Shown here: positions 25,810 through 36,064 of the stretch, piece by piece
Layout of the letters: each line of letters opens with the position of its first letter
Numbering within the stretch: the stretch's first letter is position 1
DNA from: a virus
DNA length: 64,000 nt
Reading direction: 5' to 3' (one strand)
IMG/VR virus record: IMGVR_UViG_3300039355_000083
Notes under the pieces: model-generated
What the model was told of the DNA's origin: nothing
Databases searched by the model: none
The model's input: only the letters and a program-made list of their open reading frames with translations
Program-made: the position numbers and the translations under genes

Positions 25810-27027
25810 ATGGCAAAACAGAAAGAAAAAAAACCGTTAGATAAAAAAGGCTGGGTTCAGACATTTGAATTGATTGGAAAGGCATGTATTAAAGATTACA
25901 CATTCAAAATTGATGAACATTCTAAGAAAAGTGACTGGATTTACAATTCTATTAACCTGAATGTTGACTGCGGTGATAAATACGGAAAAGTTGGCTGCGA
26001 ATTAATGGGTGGTTATGGAGCTGGCAGAAACAATGTTATTTATGTTCATGGCAAAGATGAGAATGGTGGAGATGATTTTGATAACAGATACCAGATTGAT
26101 TTTGATGATCGATTTGACGAGGATATTCTAAAAGATATCGGAGATCTTTGCTTTATCAAAATTGGCATTGAGAAGGATACAAAAGGTGAAGTTGTTATCA
26201 ATAAATTCTTACATGCATATGATGCAATTAAATATCTGTCTGAAGCATTGCAGGATGGTATGGAGATTAAGGTAAGAGGGCAGTTAAAATATACTGTATA
26301 TGACAAACATATACAAGTAAGAAAAGAAATTAACAGTATTTATCTTCCAAGAGAGAAAGAATTGAATACTTATGAAGCAGCATTTACTCAGTCGATGCTT
26401 CTTGACAAGTATTCAATCGGAAAAGCAGATAAAGATAAATGTGCGTTCCCGATAACGGCATACATTCTGGAGAAATTCAAAGAATATAATGGTAATGACT
26501 TGACTGAAGGTGGCGCTGTAAAAGGCGGAAAGTTTGTACCTTTGAGAAAGACATTTGAATATGTTTATGATCCGGAAGATGAAAAATCTATTGAGCGCGC
26601 AGGAAAACTTTTCAAAGTTAAGAAAAACGTGACATTGATTATTTGTCAAGGAGTATTTGTTGAAGGCGGTGCAGTGATCCAGACAACTGAAGACGATTTA
26701 CCAGACGATATTAAAGAACTGGTAGAAATGGGAGCTTACAGTTTGGAAGAAGCATTAGCACTTTGTACAGAAAATGCTAGTAAAGAACGCAGGATGTTAC
26801 TTACTAGACCAGTTATTAAGTTAGTTGGAGAAGACGGATCTAAGATTCCACAGATTCAGAAATTCGATTCTATGTATTCAGAAGATGATCTTGTATTAGA
26901 TTATCTGATTGAAGCAGATGATGACGAAGAAGTGGATGAAGTAGAGGAAGATTCAGAAACTGATACAACGGAGCAGGATGAAGAAATTGATTATGACTCA
27001 ATGTTAGATTCGTTGCTTGATGATTAA
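25810..27027 (+). CDS. hypothetical protein with SSB-like acidic C-terminal tail
   Basis: 405 aa whose last ~45 residues are almost entirely D/E ('DDDEEVDEVEEDSETD...DSLLDD'). It heads the replication module, so it may be an ssDNA-binding or recombination mediator. Confidence 0.4.
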   Translation: MAKQKEKKPLDKKGWVQTFELIGKACIKDYTFKIDEHSKKSDWIYNSINLNVDCGDKYGKVGCELMGGYGAGRNNVIYVHGKDENGGDDFDNRYQIDFDDRFDEDILKDIGDLCFIKIGIEKDTKGEVVINKFLHAYDAIKYLSEALQDGMEIKVRGQLKYTVYDKHIQVRKEINSIYLPREKELNTYEAAFTQSMLLDKYSIGKADKDKCAFPITAYILEKFKEYNGNDLTEGGAVKGGKFVPLRKTFEYVYDPEDEKSIERAGKLFKVKKNVTLIICQGVFVEGGAVIQTTEDDLPDDIKELVEMGAYSLEEALALCTENASKERRMLLTRPVIKLVGEDGSKIPQIQKFDSMYSEDDLVLDYLIEADDDEEVDEVEEDSETDTTEQDEEIDYDSMLDSLLDD

Positions 27028-27073
27028 CTATAAATAATTAAATTATACAAAGTACAGAAAGGAAACAAATACT

Positions 27074-28222
27074 ATGGGATACGGAAAAAAGAATACAATT
27101 AAAATTGATCCTTTATCATATAATATTGGACTTATTGGGGAAAGTGGTATCGGAAAAACAACAATTATTAAAGAGATGTGCGAGAAACTTGTAGGTGAAG
27201 ATGGATATCGTTTTCTTGAGTGTGGTAAAGAAGATGGCGCTGACGGTATTAATGGAATCAACTATTTAAATTGTCCGGAATGGTCAATGGATTATGATGA
27301 AGAAACAAACAGTATTGGATTTGAAGATTTTGTGGATGATGTCGTTGAGAATAAATCCACAGAATATCCTGATCTAAAGACAGTTGTTATTGATACATAT
27401 GATCAGCTTGTAGAAATTGCAAAGCCAGAAGTCATTCGTATGCATAATGCGGAGAATCCTGAGAAACCGGTAAAATCTATCAAAGCAGCTTTTGGTGGTT
27501 ATATGGCCGGAGAGGATAAGGCAACAGAAATTGTTCTGAATAAGTTATGGGAACTGAAATCGGTTGGTGTTCATTTCATTATTATTGGACACGTTAAGCA
27601 GCGTACACAAGATGATGTAACGACGGGACAGACATATACTTCTCTAACAACTAATATGTCAATGAGAGATTTTAATGCAATCAAAACAAAATTACATTTT
27701 CTTGGTGTTGCTTCTATTGATAGAGAAATCGTGCAGGAAAAGACTGGCAAGACTAAAAAGGAAGGTAAAAAAGATGTAGATATTATGAAAGGTGTAATTA
27801 CAAGCGAAAGCCGTAAAATTACATTCCGTGATGATTCTTATTCTATCGATTCCAAATCAAGATTTGCTGACATTGTTCCGGAAATTGAATTTAGTTCAGA
27901 TGCATTAATCAAGGCTCTTACAGATGCTATCAAAGCCGAAGCATCTAAAGGGAGTAAATCTGTTGATGAATTAAAGAAAGAACAGGATTCAGCTGCAGAA
28001 AAAAGAGCTGAAAAGATTGCGGAAGCTGAGGCAGAAGCTAAAATACAGAAAGAACTTAGTGAAATCACAGAAAAGATTAAGGCGTTCTGTATTGCTAATA
28101 AAGGTAAAACAGCAAAATTAAAACCGCTTGTAGCTGCAGCTAAAGAAATGGGTTATGACAATCCGATGAAAGTAACAAATATTGATGACGCAAAAAAGAT
28201 TCTTGAACTTACTGTTGCGTAA
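27074..28222 (+). CDS. AAA_24/RecA-like ATPase (Sak4-like) with charged C-terminal extension
   Basis: Walker A 'GESGIGKTT' and Walker B-like 'VVIDTYDQL'. Sits upstream of the helicase/primase, as is typical of phage replication modules. Confidence 0.6.
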   Translation: MGYGKKNTIKIDPLSYNIGLIGESGIGKTTIIKEMCEKLVGEDGYRFLECGKEDGADGINGINYLNCPEWSMDYDEETNSIGFEDFVDDVVENKSTEYPDLKTVVIDTYDQLVEIAKPEVIRMHNAENPEKPVKSIKAAFGGYMAGEDKATEIVLNKLWELKSVGVHFIIIGHVKQRTQDDVTTGQTYTSLTTNMSMRDFNAIKTKLHFLGVASIDREIVQEKTGKTKKEGKKDVDIMKGVITSESRKITFRDDSYSIDSKSRFADIVPEIEFSSDALIKALTDAIKAEASKGSKSVDELKKEQDSAAEKRAEKIAEAEAEAKIQKELSEITEKIKAFCIANKGKTAKLKPLVAAAKEMGYDNPMKVTNIDDAKKILELTVA

Positions 28223-28232
28223 ATAAATATTG

Positions 28233-28260
28233 ATCCCAGGGCTTTTGCCTTGGGATTTCT
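28233..28260 (+). terminator. rho-independent terminator candidate
   Basis: 8-bp stem ATCCCAGG/CTTGGGAT, then a short loop and TTTCT. Confidence 0.45.
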
Positions 28261-28273
28261 AAGGAGAATAACA

Positions 28274-28744
28274 TTGAGTAAGGAAAATAAAAAGGACACA
28301 ACTGGTTGGAAAAATGAAGACTTCTTACAAATGTGTAATTGGGTTGAAAGAGAATTGATGGGGTATTCTGGGACGCAGCGTTTGCATAAGAACGCATGTC
28401 TAAGATTGCAGGGGCTAAGAAAAGGACAAAGTATGGCAAATAATTCTCATGAAATGTATGGAGAATATCCTATTGATGTTATTTTTAATACTTTTAAAGC
28501 GAATAAATATGTCATTTTAAAAGCAATAAAAGGAAAAACATTTAACAGCGAAGATCAGAAAATGGCTTACATTTGTGCTATTGTAAGCAGTCGAATTAAT
28601 GATATGTACACCAGAATGAAAAATGCAAAGAAAAGTGAAGAGAAGTCTGAAAAGATTGATATAGGAGCGCAAAATAGTGAAGCCGCTAAATATCAACGTC
28701 AGACGGAAGAGGTCATAAATTCTACATTCGAGGGGATTTGGTAA
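28274..28744 (+). CDS. hypothetical protein
   Basis: The track ORF starts at 28250 inside the terminator hairpin. A TTG at 28274 with RBS AAGGAG 7 nt upstream is the more plausible start. Confidence 0.45.
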   Translation: MSKENKKDTTGWKNEDFLQMCNWVERELMGYSGTQRLHKNACLRLQGLRKGQSMANNSHEMYGEYPIDVIFNTFKANKYVILKAIKGKTFNSEDQKMAYICAIVSSRINDMYTRMKNAKKSEEKSEKIDIGAQNSEAAKYQRQTEEVINSTFEGIW

Positions 28745-30268
28745 TTGACATCTATCACTACTAAGACGAAGGATCGCAGTAGTGCGAAAACAATGTCTCC
28801 TTTTGAAAAGGAATGTATTGAGACTATTAAAAAGGTAAATGAATATAAGTTAATTGCAGAAGCAAATGCAGTGTCTTCTATTTACAAGAACCCGGATTTA
28901 GTCAGAGACACTTCTTTGAAACTGGAAGATATAACAAATAATGCTTGGAGAGTATATTTTTCAATTGCGAACGATATCATCAATGTAGAACAAAAAAATA
29001 CATTAGATGAAATTACAATCAATATGTATCTATCGAAACATTCAAAATTAAGTAAGAAATACGATGAATATGGTGGATATGGGAAGATTGAAAGTTCATT
29101 TACATATATCGAAGAATCTAATTTTGATTCTTATGTGAATGAAGTAAAAAAGTGGAACGCTGTAATGAAATTAGCCCGAATGGGCTTTCCTGTAAAAGAA
29201 AAGTTAAGTAAATATGTCGATGCTAAAGCTGAAGATATATATAATGAACTTGAGGCACTTTTGAATCACACATTTATTAATGTGGAATCTGAAGTTAAAA
29301 CTTATAATGCCTGCGACGGATTATTTGATTTGATTGATAAATTAAATGCTGGGAGTCAGGTAGGAATGCCACTTAAACATTGTGATATTTTGAACAGAGA
29401 AATTGGCGGCATTAATTTTAATGGAAACATTTATGGTCTAGGTGCCAATTCAGGTGTTGGAAAATCAACAACAGCAATCAACTACTTAATGCCTTCAGTG
29501 TTAGAACATAATGAAAAAATGGTCATTATGATTAATGAAGAAGATCAGGACAAAGTAAAGAAAGAGTTACTTATCTGGGTTGCAAATAATTTATATAGTG
29601 CTGGACTACATAAATATATTTTGCGCGACGGCCATTTTAGTAAAGATGTTTTAGATAAGCTTCGTAAAGCAGCAAAATATCTTGAAGAGTTAAAAGAACG
29701 CAGAAATATTACAATCGTTCCCTTTGAAAAATATACTGTCAAAGCAGCAATCAAAGTAATAAAAAAATACTCTAGTATGGGAGTAAGGCTGTTTGTTCTG
29801 GATACATTAAAAGAGTCATCTGATTCAAGAGACACAGAAACATGGAAATCTATGGAACGAGATATGGTTGATCTTTACGATGTTGTGAAACCAGCTGCTA
29901 AAAACGTGGCATTATTTGTTACATATCAGTTAGGGAAAGCTTCAGTAAAGATGAGGTATCTTACAAATAATGAAATTGGACAAGCAAAGAATATATTGGA
30001 TGTATTTAGTGTGAATTTAATGATGCGTAAACCATTTGAAGATGAATTTCCTGGTGGTTCACATGAGATTAAAGCTTATAAGTTGGCGGGGAAAAATAAT
30101 TCCTCAAAGATTCCGTATCATCTGGATCCGGATAAACATTATATGATCACATTTATTACTAAAAATAGATTTGGGGCTACAGACCAATTCCAGATAATCT
30201 CAGAGTATGATCTGAGTACAAATATGCACAAAGATGTTGCTATTTGTAATATAGCACAAGATTTTTAA
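28745..30268 (+). CDS. DnaB-like replicative DNA helicase
   Basis: RecA-fold Walker A 'GANSGVGKST' and Walker B-like 'LFVLDTL' with a DnaB-type N-terminal domain. 507 aa. Confidence 0.7.
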   Translation: MTSITTKTKDRSSAKTMSPFEKECIETIKKVNEYKLIAEANAVSSIYKNPDLVRDTSLKLEDITNNAWRVYFSIANDIINVEQKNTLDEITINMYLSKHSKLSKKYDEYGGYGKIESSFTYIEESNFDSYVNEVKKWNAVMKLARMGFPVKEKLSKYVDAKAEDIYNELEALLNHTFINVESEVKTYNACDGLFDLIDKLNAGSQVGMPLKHCDILNREIGGINFNGNIYGLGANSGVGKSTTAINYLMPSVLEHNEKMVIMINEEDQDKVKKELLIWVANNLYSAGLHKYILRDGHFSKDVLDKLRKAAKYLEELKERRNITIVPFEKYTVKAAIKVIKKYSSMGVRLFVLDTLKESSDSRDTETWKSMERDMVDLYDVVKPAAKNVALFVTYQLGKASVKMRYLTNNEIGQAKNILDVFSVNLMMRKPFEDEFPGGSHEIKAYKLAGKNNSSKIPYHLDPDKHYMITFITKNRFGATDQFQIISEYDLSTNMHKDVAICNIAQDF

Positions 30269-30281
30269 GCGGAAAGTAAAT

Positions 30282-31361
30282 ATGATTGCATTAGAGATTA
30301 AGGAATACATTCAAAAAAATGGAAAAATCCCTTATGTTTTAGAAAGCATTGGGTGTAGCAATATAGTATATCATGATAACAAGGATTATTATAGCTGCTC
30401 TAATGCGGTGGGTGGTGACTGTAACAATCCGGCCGCCATCAATATAAGAAATAATAAATATCTGAATTATCGAAATTATACCAGAGGAGTTGAATATGAC
30501 GATGGTGAGGATTTAATTTCTTTAGTTCAGTATAATAAAAATATTGACTTTGCAAATGCAATGAAATATCTTCATAAACTTTTAGGATTGAAAAATTTAT
30601 ACAAAGGAAAAGAGGAGAAGAAAAAGCCGGATGATTCCTGGTTCGTGTTCTCAAGATTTGTGGTTAAGCGTAGGAAATGTATCGTAAATGACTTTGATCC
30701 TATGAGTGAAGATATTTTAAATGATTTTGTCCCATATATTCATATTGATTTATTTCGCGAAGGGATTGTAAAACGAACAATTAAAAAATTTGGACTTGGA
30801 TATTCGTATAGATGGAGAAGAACAATATTTCCAATTAGATATTGGCTAGATGGAACGCTGATGGGATATAATGCCAGAAGTTCCATCGAAAATTGTTCTG
30901 AATTTGGAATATCAAAGTACTTTATAACACCTGGGATGCGAAAAGAAATTAATATATATGGATTGTGGGAAAATTATAAAGATATTCAGAAAGCAGGATA
31001 TATTGTTATATTCGAAGCCGAGAAATCTGTTCTTAAAAGAGATAGCAGAATGGATCCAACCGGCGGTGCAATTGAAGGCCATGTACTTTCAGATGAGCAG
31101 GTGCGAATTATACTTGGCATTGGAGTAGAAGAAGTTATTATCGCGATGGATAATGATGTTCCAATAGAAGAGGTCTGGAATATGTGTGAGAAGTTTTACG
31201 GATTACGTAAAGTCAGCTACATTCGTGATAAATGGAAACTGCTTGGCCCAAAGGACTCACCTGCAGATGCGCCAAATAAAATATACAATTTTCTGTTTAA
31301 ATGGAGAATTCCTTATGATGAAAGTAAACACAGAGAATATTTAAAGAGTTTGAAAAAATAG
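30282..31361 (+). CDS. DnaG-like DNA primase (Zn-binding + TOPRIM)
   Basis: TOPRIM acidic motifs 'IVIFEAEKS' and 'IIAMDNDVP' with an N-terminal Cys/His cluster. Directly downstream of the helicase. Confidence 0.6.
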   Translation: MIALEIKEYIQKNGKIPYVLESIGCSNIVYHDNKDYYSCSNAVGGDCNNPAAINIRNNKYLNYRNYTRGVEYDDGEDLISLVQYNKNIDFANAMKYLHKLLGLKNLYKGKEEKKKPDDSWFVFSRFVVKRRKCIVNDFDPMSEDILNDFVPYIHIDLFREGIVKRTIKKFGLGYSYRWRRTIFPIRYWLDGTLMGYNARSSIENCSEFGISKYFITPGMRKEINIYGLWENYKDIQKAGYIVIFEAEKSVLKRDSRMDPTGGAIEGHVLSDEQVRIILGIGVEEVIIAMDNDVPIEEVWNMCEKFYGLRKVSYIRDKWKLLGPKDSPADAPNKIYNFLFKWRIPYDESKHREYLKSLKK

Positions 31362-32543
31362 TTGAGATTAAGCTATGAAGAACTGCAGAAGATGTGCGAG
31401 GCACTTGGAGTCGATAGACTCAATTCATGGAGCCGTGTAAACTGCGTACACAATGGTCTCTATGAGTATTTTTTGAAGTATGTATTACATAAAAAAGAGG
31501 ATCGTGATGATTCTATTTATAAAGTAACTGGCGGTATTAGTCATGATATTATAGAGCGATTTTATACTGAAGAATTAGCTTATGAAAAAATGGCTGAAGA
31601 GTTTGACGAAGGATGGATGATAGCATTTGATATTGCTGATCTAAAATTTGTTCGTGGAGATGGTGCCAGAAACAATAGTATTGCAACTAAGTATTATTAT
31701 GATTTGAAAAATTTCTTTGAGACACACGAGAAGATTACTGATCATATTGATATTGAAAAGTTTGTAACCGTAAAGGTTGGTGATGAATATTACCAGGGGT
31801 ATATTGACGCTCTGGTGACAGATGAAAATGGTAATTATACTATATTAGATTGGAAGACAAGCAGCATATATAAAGGAGATAAAGCGAAAAATGAATGTGG
31901 GCAGTTGGTAATGTACTCTCTGGCTTTACATCAGATGGGAATTCCGTTTGAAAAAATCAAAATTGCATGGAATTTCCTTAAATATCAGTGTGTAACTGTT
32001 CAATCTAAAAAAGGTGTAAAGAAAGTAAGAGAAATCGAACGCTTTGAGCTTGGGGAGAAGCTACAGGCAAATGCAAAGATGTGGTTAAAAGAATTCGGAT
32101 ATGAAGAAAACATGTTGGAGTATCTGGATAAATTAGCTCAAACAAATGATATTACCTGTCTTCCACCGGAAGTACAGGAGAAATATGAATTGCATGATTG
32201 TTATGTATATGTTGACTTGACTCCGGAGTTGATTCAGTATTGGGAAAATTTTATTATCAATACTATGAAAATGATTCGTGATAAAGAAGCTACATATGCG
32301 GAACTAAAGGCAGCAGGAAAATATGATGAAGCAGATAAACTTTGGTGGGAAGATGAAGAGAGTCTAAAAAAGCAAAGTTATTATCTTACGAATTTGTGTG
32401 GTTATTCCACTAAACTTTATAAACCGTTAAAAGCTTATCTTGATGCTCAAGATGCAAAGAAAAATGGAGATATTTTGGGTACGAAAAATAAGCAGGATGA
32501 AGAATACGACATTGACAATTTAGATTGGCTTAACGATTTATAA
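31362..32543 (+). CDS. PD-(D/E)XK family exonuclease (Cas4/lambda-exo-like)
   Basis: 'GYIDALVTDENGNYTILDWKTS' fits the D...(D/E)xK nuclease core. Confidence 0.55.
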   Translation: MRLSYEELQKMCEALGVDRLNSWSRVNCVHNGLYEYFLKYVLHKKEDRDDSIYKVTGGISHDIIERFYTEELAYEKMAEEFDEGWMIAFDIADLKFVRGDGARNNSIATKYYYDLKNFFETHEKITDHIDIEKFVTVKVGDEYYQGYIDALVTDENGNYTILDWKTSSIYKGDKAKNECGQLVMYSLALHQMGIPFEKIKIAWNFLKYQCVTVQSKKGVKKVREIERFELGEKLQANAKMWLKEFGYEENMLEYLDKLAQTNDITCLPPEVQEKYELHDCYVYVDLTPELIQYWENFIINTMKMIRDKEATYAELKAAGKYDEADKLWWEDEESLKKQSYYLTNLCGYSTKLYKPLKAYLDAQDAKKNGDILGTKNKQDEEYDIDNLDWLNDL

Positions 32544-32552
32544 GGAGATAAA

Positions 32553-35500
32553 ATGGGACAGTATACTATTTATCATTGCCACTCAAACCGTTCTCTTCTT
32601 GATAGTTGTACTGGTTATAAAGAATATGCAGACCGTGTATCGGAGCTAGGGTATAAAGCCTTAGCTCTGACGGAACATGGTAATGCCTACAATTGGGTTG
32701 AAAAAAAGATGTATATCAATTCAAAAGGATTAAAATACATACACGGAGTTGAGTGTTATTTAACAGCTTCACTAGGAGAGAAGGTAAGGGACAATTATCA
32801 TACAATTCTTTTGGCTAAGAACTATGAAGGTGTAAAAGAAATCAATCTTTTGATTGATAAATCTACACAACCGGATCATAGATATTATAAACCACGTATT
32901 ACATTTGAAGAATTTTTTAATATTTCAGATAATGTAATCAAGATTTCTGCTTGTTTGGCATCACCTTTGAATAAATACCCAAAGGATGTCCAAAAGCAAA
33001 TAGCGGAAAAGTCTGCAGTATTAAAGCAGGAACTGGCAAATAAAGTAGCTGAACTTGAAAAGCAAAAAAGTGATCAAAAAGCCATGATAAAGTGGTTCAA
33101 ACAGTTTGATGACTTTAAAGAAGAGGAGTTACCGTGGGTAATAAACGGATGTATTCCGGGGGATTCATATTTGCATTATATCGAAGCTCAAATTGATAAG
33201 TTGAAGCAATATTATGATAATCTGCTTGAAGAAGTTCAGCTTATGAATGTGACAGCGAGAGAGACTTTTTATAAGTTACTGGAAACATATGATTACTATG
33301 AAATTCAGCCGCATGATTTTCCAGAGCAGAAACGATATAACGAATTTTTATATGCTGCATCAAAACAAACAGGGAAACCTTTAATCGCCGGAACAGATAC
33401 ACATAGCATTGATTATTATAAAGCTGAATGCAGAAGCATTTTACAGAAAGCAAAACGTATCGAATATGCTGATGAAGATAAATTTGATCTGACATTAAAG
33501 ACTTACGAAGAGTTGGTTGAAATGTTTCGTGTTCAGAATTGCGATATTCCATTTGATGTGATTCTGCAAGCAATAGAAAATACAAATGTGATGGCCGATT
33601 CTGTTACTGATTTCAAACTTGATACTTCTGTAAAATATCCAAAATTATACGATAATGAAGAGGAAGTATTAAAGAAAAGAATTTTTGATAAATTGCATGA
33701 GAAAATTGATGCAGGAATTATCAAAAAGAAAAAAATTCCAGAATACGTGAAGCGTATCAAAGAGGAAATGCGTGTATTTAAAAAGATTAATATGATTGGA
33801 TTTATGCTCTTTATGTCCGAACTGGTATGTTGGTGTTGGGAAAATGGTATACCAGTTGGGCCATGTAGAGGATCTGTAGGTGGTTCTACTGTTGCATACA
33901 TAACAGATATCATTGATGTTGATCCAGTTATATGGAATACAATTTTCTCACGATTTGCAAATGAAGATCGTGAAGAGGTTGGAGATATCGATCTTGATAT
34001 TTCACCAGATCAGCGAGAATTAGTTTACAATCACATCATTGAGTCATTTGGATATGATAAGACAGCATATATTCTTGCTATCGGAACTGTGTCTGATAAA
34101 GGCACTATTGATGAAATCGGGCGCGCTTTAGATATTCCACTTGATGAGGTTGCACATATTAAGGAAATGTATAGTGCCTATAAAGATACAATTGAATCAA
34201 CCGGAAAAAGAATTAAAGAAATCGAAGATATGATTCATTTCGATGAAATTAAACAGGCAGATAAAGAATCAGAATATTATGGCCTACGTCGTGATTATGA
34301 AAATAAAATAACTGAGCGTGACAAGGCTATAAAGCAAATGAATGATTTGAAAGATAATCAGTACAGGAAATTGTTCTATTATTTTGATGGAATTAACGGC
34401 ACTCCGGTTTCTCAGTCAATTCATCCGGCAGGCATTGTAGTTTCTCCGGTAACACTTCCAGACAACTATGGAACGTTTTGGAATGATGGAAAACGTATTA
34501 TGTGTATTAATATGGAAGAAATTCATGATGGAGCCGGTCTTGTTAAATACGATTTACTTGGACTAAAGAATCTGGAAATTATTCGAAAGTGCTATGAATA
34601 TGCCGGACTTCCATATCCAAAATCACATCAGATTAACTGGAATGATAAGAAGGTATGGAATGATATTGTTCTTTGTCCTGCTGGTGTATTTCAGTTCGAA
34701 TCGCCATATGCATACGAAATGCTTAAGAATTATGGCCCACAATGTATCAACGATTTATCAATGATAAATGCGTCACTAAGACCATCTGGGGCTTCATATC
34801 GAGATAGGCTGCTGGCAGGTGAGACAAATAAAAATCCATCACCACTTATTGATGAATTGCTGAAAGACAATAGAGGATTTCTTATTTTTCAGGAGGACAC
34901 CATTAAGTTTCTTCAAAATATATGCGGGTTAAGTGGGTCTGCTGCTGATAACGTTCGACGAGCAATCGGACGTAAACAGATGGATCGACTGCAGAAAGCT
35001 TTGCCTGATATTTTGAATGGGTATTGTAAAATGTCTTCTCAGCCAAGAGAAATAGCAGAGAAGGAAGCAAGGGCATTCTTACAGATTATTGAAGATAGTG
35101 CAAATTATCAATTTGGGTACAATCATTCTACAGGCTATTCTATGATTGGTTACATGTGTGCATTCTGTAGGTATTATTATCCAGAAGAATTCATTGCTGC
35201 ATATTTAAACTGTGCAAACAATACAGATGATATTCTGATGGGGACTGAATTGGCGAAGATAAAGAACATTGAAATAAAAAATATCAAGTTCCGAAAATCC
35301 GGTGCCGAATATACCGTAGATAAAGCGAATCATGCATTATATAAGGGTATTGCATCAATTAAATTCTGTAATGCTCAAATAGCAGATGATCTTCTTGAAT
35401 TAGCAACGAATCGATATAACAATTTTACAGAAGTTCTGGCAGATGTAAATACAAAAACATCTGTGAATTCCAGACAGTTAACGATTCTTATTGGATTAAA

Positions 35501-36062
35501 TTATTTCGAGGAGTTTGGAAAAAATCAGTATTTGATGCAAGTATCCGAGATCTACGACAAATTTGCTTTATGTAAGATTATCAGTAAAAAAAAGATGGAA
35601 AGTCTTGGCTTGACAGAGTATCTGATGAAGAAATATGCCGGGAAAGAGACTGCTTCTCAATATAGGGATTTGGATAATACAGGTCTTATAGCTGAGTTAT
35701 CTAGTCGTTTAGAAAATAAAGCAATGTCTGTTATTGATCAGGTGAAGTTTGAAAAAGAATATCTTCAGTATGTTGTATATGTGAATCCAAAAGTAAATCA
35801 ATGTTTTTATGTCGTGACAGATTATAAAACTTTCAAGGAAGTCAGAAAACCATATTGTGTATTGCATAATATTAAAACTGGAGAGGACGTAAAAGCAAGA
35901 GTAACCAGTATTAAAGTATATCAAGATAATCCGTTTGGTGAATTTTCTATTTTGAAAGTCCCACACTTTACAAAGAAAAAGAAGAAAAAATGTGTGAATG
36001 GAACATGGCAGGAAACAGATGAACTTGAAAATATACTTGATGAATATGAAGTAATTAAATAG
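32553..36062 (+). CDS. DNA polymerase III alpha subunit (PHP + DnaE-type polymerase core)
   Basis: 1169 aa. N-terminal PHP 'YHCHSNRSLLDS...LTEHGN' and polymerase core motifs ('GPCRGSVGGSTVAYITDI', 'PAGIVVSP'). Confidence 0.8.
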   Translation: MGQYTIYHCHSNRSLLDSCTGYKEYADRVSELGYKALALTEHGNAYNWVEKKMYINSKGLKYIHGVECYLTASLGEKVRDNYHTILLAKNYEGVKEINLLIDKSTQPDHRYYKPRITFEEFFNISDNVIKISACLASPLNKYPKDVQKQIAEKSAVLKQELANKVAELEKQKSDQKAMIKWFKQFDDFKEEELPWVINGCIPGDSYLHYIEAQIDKLKQYYDNLLEEVQLMNVTARETFYKLLETYDYYEIQPHDFPEQKRYNEFLYAASKQTGKPLIAGTDTHSIDYYKAECRSILQKAKRIEYADEDKFDLTLKTYEELVEMFRVQNCDIPFDVILQAIENTNVMADSVTDFKLDTSVKYPKLYDNEEEVLKKRIFDKLHEKIDAGIIKKKKIPEYVKRIKEEMRVFKKINMIGFMLFMSELVCWCWENGIPVGPCRGSVGGSTVAYITDIIDVDPVIWNTIFSRFANEDREEVGDIDLDISPDQRELVYNHIIESFGYDKTAYILAIGTVSDKGTIDEIGRALDIPLDEVAHIKEMYSAYKDTIESTGKRIKEIEDMIHFDEIKQADKESEYYGLRRDYENKITERDKAIKQMNDLKDNQYRKLFYYFDGINGTPVSQSIHPAGIVVSPVTLPDNYGTFWNDGKRIMCINMEEIHDGAGLVKYDLLGLKNLEIIRKCYEYAGLPYPKSHQINWNDKKVWNDIVLCPAGVFQFESPYAYEMLKNYGPQCINDLSMINASLRPSGASYRDRLLAGETNKNPSPLIDELLKDNRGFLIFQEDTIKFLQNICGLSGSAADNVRRAIGRKQMDRLQKALPDILNGYCKMSSQPREIAEKEARAFLQIIEDSANYQFGYNHSTGYSMIGYMCAFCRYYYPEEFIAAYLNCANNTDDILMGTELAKIKNIEIKNIKFRKSGAEYTVDKANHALYKGIASIKFCNAQIADDLLELATNRYNNFTEVLADVNTKTSVNSRQLTILIGLNYFEEFGKNQYLMQVSEIYDKFALCKIISKKKMESLGLTEYLMKKYAGKETASQYRDLDNTGLIAELSSRLENKAMSVIDQVKFEKEYLQYVVYVNPKVNQCFYVVTDYKTFKEVRKPYCVLHNIKTGEDVKARVTSIKVYQDNPFGEFSILKVPHFTKKKKKKCVNGTWQETDELENILDEYEVIK

Positions 36063-36064
36063 GT